Shown here: positions 10,412-18,822 of the stretch, piece after piece
How the letters are laid out: every line of letters begins with the position of its first letter
How positions within the stretch are numbered: the first letter of the stretch is position 1
DNA from: Desulfonatronospira sp.
Lineage (GTDB): Bacteria; Desulfobacterota; Desulfovibrionia; Desulfovibrionales; Desulfonatronovibrionaceae
Direction of reading: 5' to 3'
Assembly: GCA_007127015.1 (NCBI GenBank)
Contig: SLAE01000021.1
Location: 1-39,610 of the forward strand
DNA length: 39,610 nucleotides
Translations under genes and position numbers: made by a program
The notes under the pieces: generated by a model
The model's database searches: none
What the model saw: the letters and a program-made list of their open reading frames with translations, nothing else
What the model was told of the DNA's origin: nothing

Positions 10412-11146
10412 TCAAATGGACATACGTTTAAATATCCGCTCCGGAATATGTTTGATAAAGGCCATGATCCAGCGCCACATCCATCTGGTATACACAATAT
10501 CCCTGTTCCTGAGTATTGCCTTATATATATTCCCGGCCGCTTCCTCTGGGGTTGCACTCAGTCTGGAAGGTAAATCAAGGTCTCTGGTCATCTTGGTTCT
10601 GACAAAACCAGGTTTGACTGTGATCACCCGAACCCCTGAACTGAACAGTCTGTTCCTGAGTCCGCTTAAAAAGGCGCTCATTCCGGCCTTGGCGCTGCCA
10701 TACACGTAGTTTGAGGCGCGACCCCTGTCACCTGCAACCGAGCTGATCCCGACAATAAAACCTTCACCTGCTTTTTCCATGCGGTTGGCGGCCAGGGACA
10801 AGATGCTTACGCAACCTGTAAAATTGGTATTTATTATGCGCTGCCATTCCTGAGGATCCCGCCTTGCCCGGTTTTCATCCCCTAGAAGACCGAAAGCGAC
10901 CACCACTCCGTAAGGCTGCGGGTTTAGATGCTCGTAAAAACCGGCATGAGAATCAAAATCGAGGGCATCAAAATAAAAAACCTCAGCCTGTATTTCAAAG
11001 CGGATCTCAAGGTCCTTCGCGTCTTTGGACAGTTCATCGACATTTCGGCCGGCCAGGAACAAATCGTATCCTCCTCCGGCCAGTTCAGCGCAAAGAGCCC
11101 TGGCCATATCCGACCCGGCTCCAAGAATCAGTATGTTTTTGCGCAT
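10412..11146 (-). CDS. SDR oxidoreductase, DprE2-like 2-keto-pentofuranose reductase
   Basis: LGAGSDMA Rossmann variant, SSVAGDRGRASNYVYGSAKAG (YxxxK), VKPGFVRT; overlaps the dprE1-like gene. Confidence 0.85.
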   Translation of the reverse strand: MRKNILILGAGSDMARALCAELAGGGYDLFLAGRNVDELSKDAKDLEIRFEIQAEVFYFDALDFDSHAGFYEHLNPQPYGVVVAFGLLGDENRARRDPQEWQRIINTNFTGCVSILSLAANRMEKAGEGFIVGISSVAGDRGRASNYVYGSAKAGMSAFLSGLRNRLFSSGVRVITVKPGFVRTKMTRDLDLPSRLSATPEEAAGNIYKAILRNRDIVYTRWMWRWIMAFIKHIPERIFKRMSI

Positions 11147-12453
11147 AAACCAAGCCTTTCTGATTGCAGCGAAGCCATTTTATTCTCCGGATCGTGCTTA
11201 TACTTCAGCTCAAGAAATCTGCCGCTTTCCGGGTAACCCTTAAGAAAATCATGTTTGCTCATTCGGGCATCTTTGGCCAGATATATTCTACCGCCCAGAT
11301 TGTGAACCAGACGGTCCAGCGCGCTGAGCATAGCTGAGAGACCGGGCTTTATGGGAAAGTCAAGAGCAAGAGTATAGCCCTGGAATGGAAATGAAAGCGG
11401 TCCTGCCTGAGGTCCCAGGAGTTTCAGCACAGCCAGATAGGGGAGAAGGCGGGATGCCTGCACGTGGGCTTGAATTTTTTCCAGTCCAGGTCTGGACTGT
11501 TCTTTTGGCAGGACAAACTGGTACTGCAAAAAACCCTTACGCCCATAAAAGCGGTTCCAGTTGTGCACTTTGTCCAGAGGATAAAAAAAGTCATCAAGGT
11601 CAGGGAAAGAGCACCCAGTTCCTGATTTTCCGCGCAGATGATATAAATGGTTAAAAGCCCTGACGCCTTGTTTATTCATGATCCATCCAGGCATAAAAAA
11701 GGGAATATTGATTCCGGATTTTTTTTGCCTGCTCAATTCTTTGCAGGTTACTTCCCCGGACAGGCAATGCTCCCCGAGCATGAAGAGACCGCGGCCGAAA
11801 TTTCTGCCCCGGCCAAGAAAGTCTATCCACGCCACCGAATAAGTGCTTTGCCTGTGAACCTCAAAGAGTTCCATTAAATGTTCAAGATTTTCAGCCGGAA
11901 TGGTTATTTGACGGATATGTGCGCTCTGGATGGGCATAAGCCTGATTCTGGCGCTTAAAATAAGTCCCAGCAGGCCCATTCCTCCGCAAACAGCATGGAA
12001 AAGCTCCGCATTTTTTTCCCTGGAACAGTCAACTATCTCTCCCCCCGGAGTCAGCAGGAGCAGGGAAAGTACATGGCGGCCGAATGTTCCGTGAAGGTGA
12101 TGGTTCTTGCCATGTACGTCGCTGGCAATGGCTCCGCCCAGAGTGACATATCTGGTTCCAGGAGTAACAGGCAAAAAAAGTCCGCGGGGAATGATTAACT
12201 TTAAAATCTGGTCCAGGCTTATGCCTGCCTCACACTCCAGTATTCCCTGTTTCTGATCCAGGGCGATAAATCTTTTGAAACAAGGTGTGGAAATAATATT
12301 TTTCTCAAGCGAACAGTCACCATAGGAGCGGCCCAGACCTCTTGGGATGCACCGGGAAAGACTATCCAGAAGCTTGCAGGCTTCGTTTTCTGTTCTAAAT
12401 TCCCAGAGTCTGGCATTAATGCGGGGATAGTTGTTCCAATTGGCAACGAGCAA
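11128..12453 (-). CDS. FAD-dependent oxidoreductase, DprE1-like polyprenylphosphoryl-ribose 2'-oxidase
   Basis: RGLGRSYGD, PVTPGT..VTLGGAIASDVHGKNHH, LQYQF, GYTLALDFP, GGRIYLAKD, SERLGL; TTG start, no in-frame ATG before the upstream stop. Confidence 0.88.
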   Translation of the reverse strand: MLVANWNNYPRINARLWEFRTENEACKLLDSLSRCIPRGLGRSYGDCSLEKNIISTPCFKRFIALDQKQGILECEAGISLDQILKLIIPRGLFLPVTPGTRYVTLGGAIASDVHGKNHHLHGTFGRHVLSLLLLTPGGEIVDCSREKNAELFHAVCGGMGLLGLILSARIRLMPIQSAHIRQITIPAENLEHLMELFEVHRQSTYSVAWIDFLGRGRNFGRGLFMLGEHCLSGEVTCKELSRQKKSGINIPFFMPGWIMNKQGVRAFNHLYHLRGKSGTGCSFPDLDDFFYPLDKVHNWNRFYGRKGFLQYQFVLPKEQSRPGLEKIQAHVQASRLLPYLAVLKLLGPQAGPLSFPFQGYTLALDFPIKPGLSAMLSALDRLVHNLGGRIYLAKDARMSKHDFLKGYPESGRFLELKYKHDPENKMASLQSERLGLCAKTY

Positions 12454-12641
12454 TTTAAATGAATCTCCATGTAGCAGGTGAATCGAGATTTTAAATAAGA
12501 AATATAACTGTATTAAAGAGCATGTTTTTCAAGTTCAAATTTCTTCTATTACAGATTTTGAATTCAGTACCAGGCTGGTAATAATCATTAGTTTTTATGG
12601 ATCTCTACTGATTCTGCTGCAGGAGCTTTCCAGCTTAACTT

Positions 12642-13034
12642 TCACCTCCTGAACACCCATTTCTTATCAAGGCGGTATTTCAAGGTATAGCCGACGATCA
12701 ATCCAAGAGCTCCGCCAACGTATTTTGCCTGTTCAAAATTAAAAAAAAGATCAAACCCGATTTCCGTACCCCAGAAAATCATGGTGGTCATTACCCCCAT
12801 GCACGAATAGACAGTAAATTTACGGGTGTCTTCGTATATGTTCCTGGACACATAGCTGAAAATGTATTTCTTGTCCAAGATGTACTTGATCACCAGCCCG
12901 GTAAAAGTCCCCAGAATCAATGCCATGTAAAGCTCAAAAGGGCCCTTATACAGACTGAAACTGAAAAACTGTGTTCCCAGGTTGACGCATATGGCGATCA
13001 GGGCAAACAGGGCATATAAAAATGGCAGCTTCAT
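12642..13034 (-). CDS. GtrA-family small membrane protein (lipid-linked sugar translocation/accessory)
   Basis: 130 aa, about 4 TM segments, duplicated KY(I/R)LDKK(Y/W)(I/V)F motif; ATGA overlap with the ubiA-family gene. Confidence 0.85.
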   Translation of the reverse strand: MKLPFLYALFALIAICVNLGTQFFSFSLYKGPFELYMALILGTFTGLVIKYILDKKYIFSYVSRNIYEDTRKFTVYSCMGVMTTMIFWGTEIGFDLFFNFEQAKYVGGALGLIVGYTLKYRLDKKWVFRR

Positions 13035-13912
13035 GTTCTGGTCAGGACAAGAAAAAATAGAAGCCAGCAGGTAACAGTTACCTGTAAAAACCTGTCCTTG
13101 AGGATTTCCTGCGTGGGATTGCCCCCACGCTGATCAACAAATACGATCTGAAGGTAGCGCATGATACCCAGAAGAACGAATACCGCGCTCAGGTACAAGT
13201 ATCCGGAACCAAATCTCTGCTGCACTTCAGGGGAGATGGTGTATAAAATATAGCAGACAAGCGTAACCGCGGCCATAATGATCATGGACACGTTCACGAA
13301 ATCAAGAGTATAACCGTCAATACATTTGCGGACATCTCTGCCTTCTCCGGCCAGGAGCACATCGTCCCGCCGCTTGGCCAGGGCCAGAAAGAGAGCCAGA
13401 AGAAAGGTCATGAGCACGATCCACATTGAGGCTTCAACAGTGGCGGCCAGAGCGCCCGCGAATATTCTCAGGACAAAGCCGATGCCGATTATGAAAATAT
13501 CAAGAACTGCCACATGTTTCAGTTTCAAAGTATAAATTGTGTTCAATATTGAATAAATGACCAGGATGAAAAAAATTCTTAAGTCCAGCGCAAGTCCAAG
13601 ACCAAGACCCGAAACAAGAAGTACACTCATATAGACATAGGCTTGTTTCGGAGTGATAAGCCCCTGAGCCAGAGGCCGGTATTTTTTTTCCGGATGTTTT
13701 TTGTCCTCGTTGACGTCGTTGATGTCATTAAAGATATAGACGCTGCTGGCTACCAGGCAAAAAGAAATAAAGGCCAGAGTTACCTGAAACAGCAGTTCAG
13801 GTTCAAAAAACCTGAAGGAGAAAAACAAAGGTGCGAAAACAAAGAGGTTTTTTATGTACTGATGCGGGCGTAACAGCCTTATATGTGCCTTGCTGAGCAT
13901 GTAGTCATCCAC
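13031..13912 (-). CDS. UbiA-family polyprenyl-phosphate phosphoribosyltransferase (Rv3806c/NoeC-like)
   Basis: RPHQYIKNLFVF, SSVYIFNDINDVNEDKKHPEKKYRPLA, LKH..VLDI, LALAKRR; start may be ATG at 13900 rather than GTG at 13912. Confidence 0.9.
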   Translation of the reverse strand: MDDYMLSKAHIRLLRPHQYIKNLFVFAPLFFSFRFFEPELLFQVTLAFISFCLVASSVYIFNDINDVNEDKKHPEKKYRPLAQGLITPKQAYVYMSVLLVSGLGLGLALDLRIFFILVIYSILNTIYTLKLKHVAVLDIFIIGIGFVLRIFAGALAATVEASMWIVLMTFLLALFLALAKRRDDVLLAGEGRDVRKCIDGYTLDFVNVSMIIMAAVTLVCYILYTISPEVQQRFGSGYLYLSAVFVLLGIMRYLQIVFVDQRGGNPTQEILKDRFLQVTVTCWLLFFLVLTRT

Positions 13913-13974
13913 ATTATTTTAAGAAGATAGGTTAAATGTCTACAGGTTCTTTTGCAGCAAGACAGTCAAGATGT

Positions 13975-14676
13975 CTAGTCTTTACACAGGCTTTGGGCGG
14001 GTATGGTCTGTAACTTCTGGTCCCAGTAGATTTCAAGAACTTGTGGGACTATTTTTGTTCCCGGCCAAGGGTTAACTGATTGATCGGTATGCAGCAGATA
14101 AAGGCAGATAAAAGCCAGAACTTCAGCGTCAGTTTCAAATTCAATAGCTTTCTGGATTTGCGGATAAGCTCCTTTTGCGGTAGCAGGATCGGCTTGAGCC
14201 AGCCGGGCCGTACCCCAGAATGCCCCCCGCCGCAGGGGCAGATATTCCAGGAAATTGTCGCTGCCTCCTTCTCTTGAAGCCAGATAAGAAAAAAGAATGC
14301 GGCTGTATTCCAGAGCCAGCCCGGGATGACGGGCCATGATTTCACCCATGCATTCAGGTGAGCCCCATCCGATTCCACCGGATTCGTCGTTAAGAGTCCA
14401 CATGAACCGGCGCATGACTATCCGGGCCTGCTCCATATCCTCTAAAGCCAGGGCGCTGACCGTAAAGCCTGCTACTGTGACTGCATGCCACCTGACCCGT
14501 TTGTTAGGATTTAAAAGGGCGCTGTAAAGTGCTCCCAGAAGCTTGTGCGGCGGGTGTTTCAGCAGTTGGTGCAAAACCGGATTAAGATCATCGCGGTCAA
14601 GCAGAACCTGGACCTCTTCCTTCAGGGCCATTAACCCGGAAGAGTGAGCAGTAGATGGATCAGACATGCTGTTCAA
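13975..14676 (-). CDS. HEAT-repeat-like conserved protein (DVU0298-like family)
   Basis: MRRFMWTLNDESGGIGWGSPECMGEI motif recalled from this family; 18 nt downstream of roo. Confidence 0.7.
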   Translation of the reverse strand: MNSMSDPSTAHSSGLMALKEEVQVLLDRDDLNPVLHQLLKHPPHKLLGALYSALLNPNKRVRWHAVTVAGFTVSALALEDMEQARIVMRRFMWTLNDESGGIGWGSPECMGEIMARHPGLALEYSRILFSYLASREGGSDNFLEYLPLRRGAFWGTARLAQADPATAKGAYPQIQKAIEFETDAEVLAFICLYLLHTDQSVNPWPGTKIVPQVLEIYWDQKLQTIPAQSLCKD

Positions 14677-14694
14677 AAAATCGCTCCCAAAAAT

Positions 14695-15897
14695 TTATGA
14701 TGCTACCTTGGCCTTAATGGCCTGAGCCAGTGCACGGCCCAGCTCCTTGCAGACGGCCAGCTGTTCATGTCCTGGCACATATTGAAGGCGAAGCGGTTTT
14801 TGCGGAAGATCAAAGCCGGCATCTTCAAGGATCCTGGACATGGCAGAGGGTGCTTCTCCACTCCAGCCGTAGGAACCTAGGGCGGCTCCAATTCTGTTTT
14901 TGGGCTTCAGACCTTTCATGTACGTCAAGAAATCAGCCATAAGTGGCATCATGCTGTTATTGTGGGTAGGCGATCCGCAGACCAAAGCCGCCGCGTCCGA
15001 AAATTCGCCCATGACATCACTGTGATGGTGGGATTTTAATGACATGACCCGAACCTCTATGCCTTCGCTTATCAGCGCGTCTGCAACAGCCCTGATCATC
15101 TTCTCCGTGCTGCTCCACATGGTGTCATAAACCAGGACAGCTTTAGGTCTTAGTTTTTGTGAAGCAAACTCTTTATAAGCGGCAAGAATTTTATCCGGAT
15201 GAGAACGCCAGATCATTCCGTGATCCGGAGCGATCATATCTAATTCCAGCCCTGCTTCCTGGACGCGGTCCAGAAGTTTTAATACCAGAGGAGAATAGGG
15301 CAGTATGATGTTGGTGAAATAATGTCTGGCTTCCCTGATCAGGGAGTCCAGATCGTGTTGATCGTCAAATATATTGCTGTTGGCAATGTTTTGGCCGAAC
15401 GCATCGCTGGAAATGAGCAGTTTGTCGTTCGGAATATATGAAAACATGCTGTCCGGCCAATGCAGCATTCTTGTTTCAATAAAATTAACCGTTCTTTTTC
15501 CGAGAGATATTTCCCGGCCATCTTTGACAGCTTCCAGGGGCCAATCGGAAGGATGAAAATGAGCTTTAAGCGATTTTTCACCCATGACCGAACAAAATAA
15601 TTTTTCCGGATTTGCTTTATCCATAATGAAGGGCAAAGCCCCGGAATGATCCATTTCCAAATGGTTGGCTACGATATAATCAATATCGCCAATATCAATC
15701 AGACTCTGAATCTGATGAAAAAGTTCCCATTTGAATTTTTCCGGAACTGTATCAAAGAGGGTAACCTTATTGTCCAGAACAAGGTAAGCGTTATAGGTTG
15801 TGCCCTGATGAGCCAGCGCGTACCCGTGAAAGTTCTTCAGGTTCCAGTCTATCACGCCCACCCAGTATATATCTTTTTTGATTTCGATTGCCGGCAT
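14695..15897 (-). CDS. roo: Flavodiiron protein (FprA type), rubredoxin:oxygen oxidoreductase
   Basis: GTTYNAY, NHLEMDH, HWPDSM, SDAFGQ, PDHG diiron ligands; flavodoxin domain DTMWSST, GSPT, GSYGWSGE; follows rubredoxin. Confidence 0.93.
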   Translation of the reverse strand: MPAIEIKKDIYWVGVIDWNLKNFHGYALAHQGTTYNAYLVLDNKVTLFDTVPEKFKWELFHQIQSLIDIGDIDYIVANHLEMDHSGALPFIMDKANPEKLFCSVMGEKSLKAHFHPSDWPLEAVKDGREISLGKRTVNFIETRMLHWPDSMFSYIPNDKLLISSDAFGQNIANSNIFDDQHDLDSLIREARHYFTNIILPYSPLVLKLLDRVQEAGLELDMIAPDHGMIWRSHPDKILAAYKEFASQKLRPKAVLVYDTMWSSTEKMIRAVADALISEGIEVRVMSLKSHHHSDVMGEFSDAAALVCGSPTHNNSMMPLMADFLTYMKGLKPKNRIGAALGSYGWSGEAPSAMSRILEDAGFDLPQKPLRLQYVPGHEQLAVCKELGRALAQAIKAKVAS

Positions 15898-15948
15898 GCG
15901 TTTCTCCTAAAAAGAGGATAGAATGGTGAATGAATTAAGGGTTTTTTC

Positions 15949-15980
15949 TGCACCCGCATCCGGATTAAGACGCAGGTGCA
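15949..15980 (-). other. Intercistronic stem-loop between rubredoxin and roo
   Basis: Minus strand TGCACCTGCGTC-TTAATCCG-GATGCGGGTGCA: 12-bp stem with two G-U pairs, no U-tract. Confidence 0.6.
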
Positions 15981-16033
15981 TTCTTAAACATCAATAGTTG
16001 CGGCTGTTGTCCTGAAACAGAAGTAAGCAAGCC

Positions 16034-16195
16034 TTATCCTTCAGGGGTGAAATCTTCCTTACCTGCACCGCAAACAGGGCAGACCCAATCCTCAGGGACA
16101 TCCTCGAATTTTGTTCCTGCAGACACTCCATTTTCCGGATCACCCTCAGCCGGATCGTACATATACCCGCAAACTGTACATATCCATTTGTTCAT
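16034..16195 (-). CDS. rub: Rubredoxin (53 aa; not in ORF track)
   Basis: Manual translation [53 protein letters not shown]; CxxC...CPxC; AAGGAG RBS. Confidence 0.96.
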   Translation of the reverse strand: MNKWICTVCGYMYDPAEGDPENGVSAGTKFEDVPEDWVCPVCGAGKEDFTPEG

Positions 16196-16289
16196 AAACA
16201 GCTCCTTTGTGTACTCTTAAAGTATGTAAAAATGCCACTAAATCCTTCAAGTATCAGAAATTTGTTCCCACGCAACAGGAATGCCTTTT

Positions 16290-16475
16290 TCAAGACTCAG
16301 AAAGAACCCGGAAACTTTTGCGGCTCGCGCCGCAAACAGGACATCTCCATTCCTCCGGCAAGTCTTCAAAAAGTGTGCCTTTGGGAATTTTGCCCTTGCG
16401 GTCTCCCCTGTCCGGGTCATAAATGTAACCGCAATTGACCATTTGACATTGCCACATCTGTTCGGGGCTGGACAT
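16290..16475 (-). CDS. rdl: Rubredoxin-like protein (Cx4C type, 61 aa)
   Basis: [14 protein letters not shown]...WRCPVCG; start moved from 16517 to ATG 16475 because of GGAG RBS. Confidence 0.88.
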   Translation of the reverse strand: MSSPEQMWQCQMVNCGYIYDPDRGDRKGKIPKGTLFEDLPEEWRCPVCGASRKSFRVLSES

Positions 16476-16616
16476 ATGATCTCCAGTGCTCAACAGAGCC
16501 TGATTGTGGAAAAACAATCTGGTTATAGTTTTTTAATTGAAGAATTGGGCAGCCTTATTCACCTCATTATCTTATATTTCAAAAGCTCAATTATCGGGCA
16601 GCAGCCTTTATCTCTT

Positions 16617-17192
16617 CTACCAGTTTTCGCACAGAATTTCGAAGTGAGCTCGGGGATGCACGCATGATGGACATATCTCAAGCGCTTCTGCAGCCTTGTG
16701 GGTATAACCGCAATTCTGACACTTCCAGACTACTTCCTGCGTTTTTTTAAAAACTGAGCCTTTTTCAATATTTGCTATAAAGGCCCGGTATCTTTTTTCA
16801 TGAAGCTGTTCGGAAACGGCAATAGATTCCATGGCTTCGGCTACCTCATTAAACCCCTCTTCTCTGGCTACTCTTGCAAACTCCGGATACATTGTCTGAT
16901 GTTCGTAGTTTTCTCCAGCTGCTGCTTCGTTAAGATTTTCCAGTGTAGTGCCGATTTTGCCGGCGGGAAATGAGAACTGTATTTCGGCATCACCACCTTC
17001 GAGAAACTTGAAGAGCCTTTTGGCGTGCTCTTTCTCGTGGCTTGCTGTTTCTTCGAATATATTGGCTATTTGCACAAAACCATCTTTTTTGGCTTGTTTG
17101 GCAAAAAAAGTGTAGCGATTGCGGGCCTGAGATTCTCCAGCAAAGGCGGTTAAAATATTTTTTTCTGTCCGGGTGCCTTTAATGGATTTCAT
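16617..17192 (-). CDS. rbr: Rubrerythrin
   Basis: AFAGESQARNRY, EKEH, GENYE, EQLH diiron motifs; C-terminal CQNC...CPSC rubredoxin-like site. Confidence 0.96.
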   Translation of the reverse strand: MKSIKGTRTEKNILTAFAGESQARNRYTFFAKQAKKDGFVQIANIFEETASHEKEHAKRLFKFLEGGDAEIQFSFPAGKIGTTLENLNEAAAGENYEHQTMYPEFARVAREEGFNEVAEAMESIAVSEQLHEKRYRAFIANIEKGSVFKKTQEVVWKCQNCGYTHKAAEALEICPSCVHPRAHFEILCENW

Positions 17193-17318
17193 TTAGACTG
17201 ACCTCCTGAATTAGCAGTTGAATATATCATAAATATTAACAAAATGATGATTGTAAAGAATGATGTTGAAGATTTATAATGATCAAAAATTTATCAAGTG
17301 GAGTATTTTGGGGGCTGG

Positions 17319-17699
17319 TCATTTGTCCGAAGCACACCCGGGGCAGATACCCAGTAATTCCAGACGTAATCCGGTAATTTTGAAATCTGTCTTAATGCTG
17401 GTCAAATCGTCAAGATCCAGATTTAATTCATCATGCACATCGCGTACACACCCGCAATCAGTGCACATTATATGCAGGTGAGGATCAATATTGCCGTCAA
17501 ATCGCTTCTGTTCTCCACAGGTTTCGATTTTTCTTATCATTCCCTGCCTGGAGAGGATGTCCAGATTACGGTAAACCGTACCCAGGCTGATATTGGGCAT
17601 TTGACTGCGGACCTCATCGTAGACCTCAACCGCCGTGGGGTGACTGGTGGTCTTTTTCAGTCTGTCTAAGATGATTTTTCTTTGTTTGGTTAATCTCAT
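17319..17699 (-). CDS. perR: Fur-family regulator, PerR
   Basis: RLTKQR, HPTA, ISLGTVYRNL, HLHIMCTDC, CPGC; first gene of the rbr-rdl cluster as in Desulfovibrio. Confidence 0.85.
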   Translation of the reverse strand: MRLTKQRKIILDRLKKTTSHPTAVEVYDEVRSQMPNISLGTVYRNLDILSRQGMIRKIETCGEQKRFDGNIDPHLHIMCTDCGCVRDVHDELNLDLDDLTSIKTDFKITGLRLELLGICPGCASDK

Positions 17700-17712
17700 G
17701 ATTTACCTCTTA

Positions 17713-17750
17713 TTATAGGAACAAGTATTGTTACTGAAGTTACTTGTCAA
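17713..17750 (-). promoter_or_regulatory. Putative perR promoter -35 with overlapping inverted repeat (candidate operator)
   Basis: TTGACA at 17750-17745 (minus); ACAAGTA(17721-27)-N13-TACTTGT(17741-47); no clean -10 at 17 nt. Confidence 0.45.
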
Positions 17751-18014
17751 GGAAATGATATAAACTTTTTTATAAATTTCATCCATGTAGCCTTAAAAAT
17801 CCCAGCCGCCCCGACCAGGCAGAGCGCTATAAAACCCTTCTTAATTATGTCAGGCTGAGGTTGTTCCAGACCAAGAAGCACTAAACCATTTTTTTTAAGT
17901 CTTAGAGAGAGTCAGAAAAAAAAGGATTTAAAAAAGCGTTACAATCATCATGCGGTTTGGAAGACGTGCGGGCTGGATACTGTTCATGCCGGAAATTTTA
18001 AGAAAAGAATTTTT

Positions 18015-18045
18015 AGGCCCTGGAAAAAATAATTACCCAGGGCCT
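18015..18045 (-). terminator. Stem-loop downstream of comEA, possible weak terminator
   Basis: AGGCCCTGG-N13-CCAGGGCCT; U-tract displaced by several A residues. Confidence 0.45.
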
Positions 18046-18070
18046 TCTCCAACAGGCAGACAATAATATT

Positions 18071-18343
18071 TTATTCCACGCTTATGCTGTCTCGGATGTT
18101 ATCAAAGGTGGCCTGGCCTATACCTCGCACCTGGATGATATCCTCAGGAGTTTCAAAAGGAAACCTCTCCCGATGTTCAATAATACGTTCAGCAAGAGAA
18201 GGACCTATGCCCTGGAGAGTGGACAACTCTTCCACGCTGGCTGTATTGATGTTCACAGTATCCTGGGCAGAAACCGATACAGGGGCAAGAAACAGGACCA
18301 GCATCATGACTAAAACAACTACTGATGAATACAAGCGGATCAT
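18071..18343 (-). CDS. comEA: ComEA-family helix-hairpin-helix DNA-binding protein with signal peptide
   Basis: Signal peptide ending VSA; VNINTASVEELSTLQGIGPSLAERII and VRGIG motifs; AAGGAG RBS. Confidence 0.9.
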   Translation of the reverse strand: MIRLYSSVVVLVMMLVLFLAPVSVSAQDTVNINTASVEELSTLQGIGPSLAERIIEHRERFPFETPEDIIQVRGIGQATFDNIRDSISVE

Positions 18344-18478
18344 TATTAGTCTCCTTTGTTAATAATTTTTTTACTGTGGGAGGTGTGCCTGCCGGTTGAA
18401 AAATGTTAACAAATCAGACTTTTGGTTTTCCAAGTTCCGGTCATTGACCGTCATCAGAAAAAAACATTTAAGTCTGTT

Positions 18479-18487
18479 ATTATAGCA
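18479..18487 (-). promoter_or_regulatory. Extended -10 promoter candidate for comEA
   Basis: TG-C-TATAAT on minus strand about 135 nt upstream of start; the region is AT-rich so a chance match is possible. Confidence 0.45.
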
Positions 18488-18726
18488 TAATTTAAACCAT
18501 TAATATTGTTTATTTTTGTTATTTAAATATCATATTTAAAATTATTGTGCAAGTGATACTTAAGGATTTGAGCTATTTTTTTGTCAGGCATATATATGTT
18601 TAGTTGGAGCTAAATGAGAAGAGGCACAGAAGATTCGGGATAATTGAGTATAAGAAAAAATTGTTTGAAGAAAAAAATGTTATAAAAAATTATGGTTAGA
18701 GAGAAGCTTAATTTTGAATTCTTGGA

Positions 18727-18770
18727 AGAAAAAATGAAAAAGCCCTGTCTTCATTGAAGAACAGGGCTTT
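18727..18770 (-). terminator. Rho-independent terminator
   Basis: AAAGCCCTGT...ACAGGGCTTT stem followed on minus strand by a long T-rich run. Confidence 0.75.
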
Positions 18771-18822
18771 ATGAAAGAAAAGCCTTTTAAAAAACTTACG
18801 TTGATTCTTTACATAATTTTTA

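Noticed and set aside
16476-16517. Longer start for the rubredoxin-like gene
   Set aside because: The RBS supports ATG 16475
17747-17881. Possible 44-codon GTG-start ORF on the minus strand upstream of perR
   Set aside because: No RBS, no motif, and it runs into the perR promoter region
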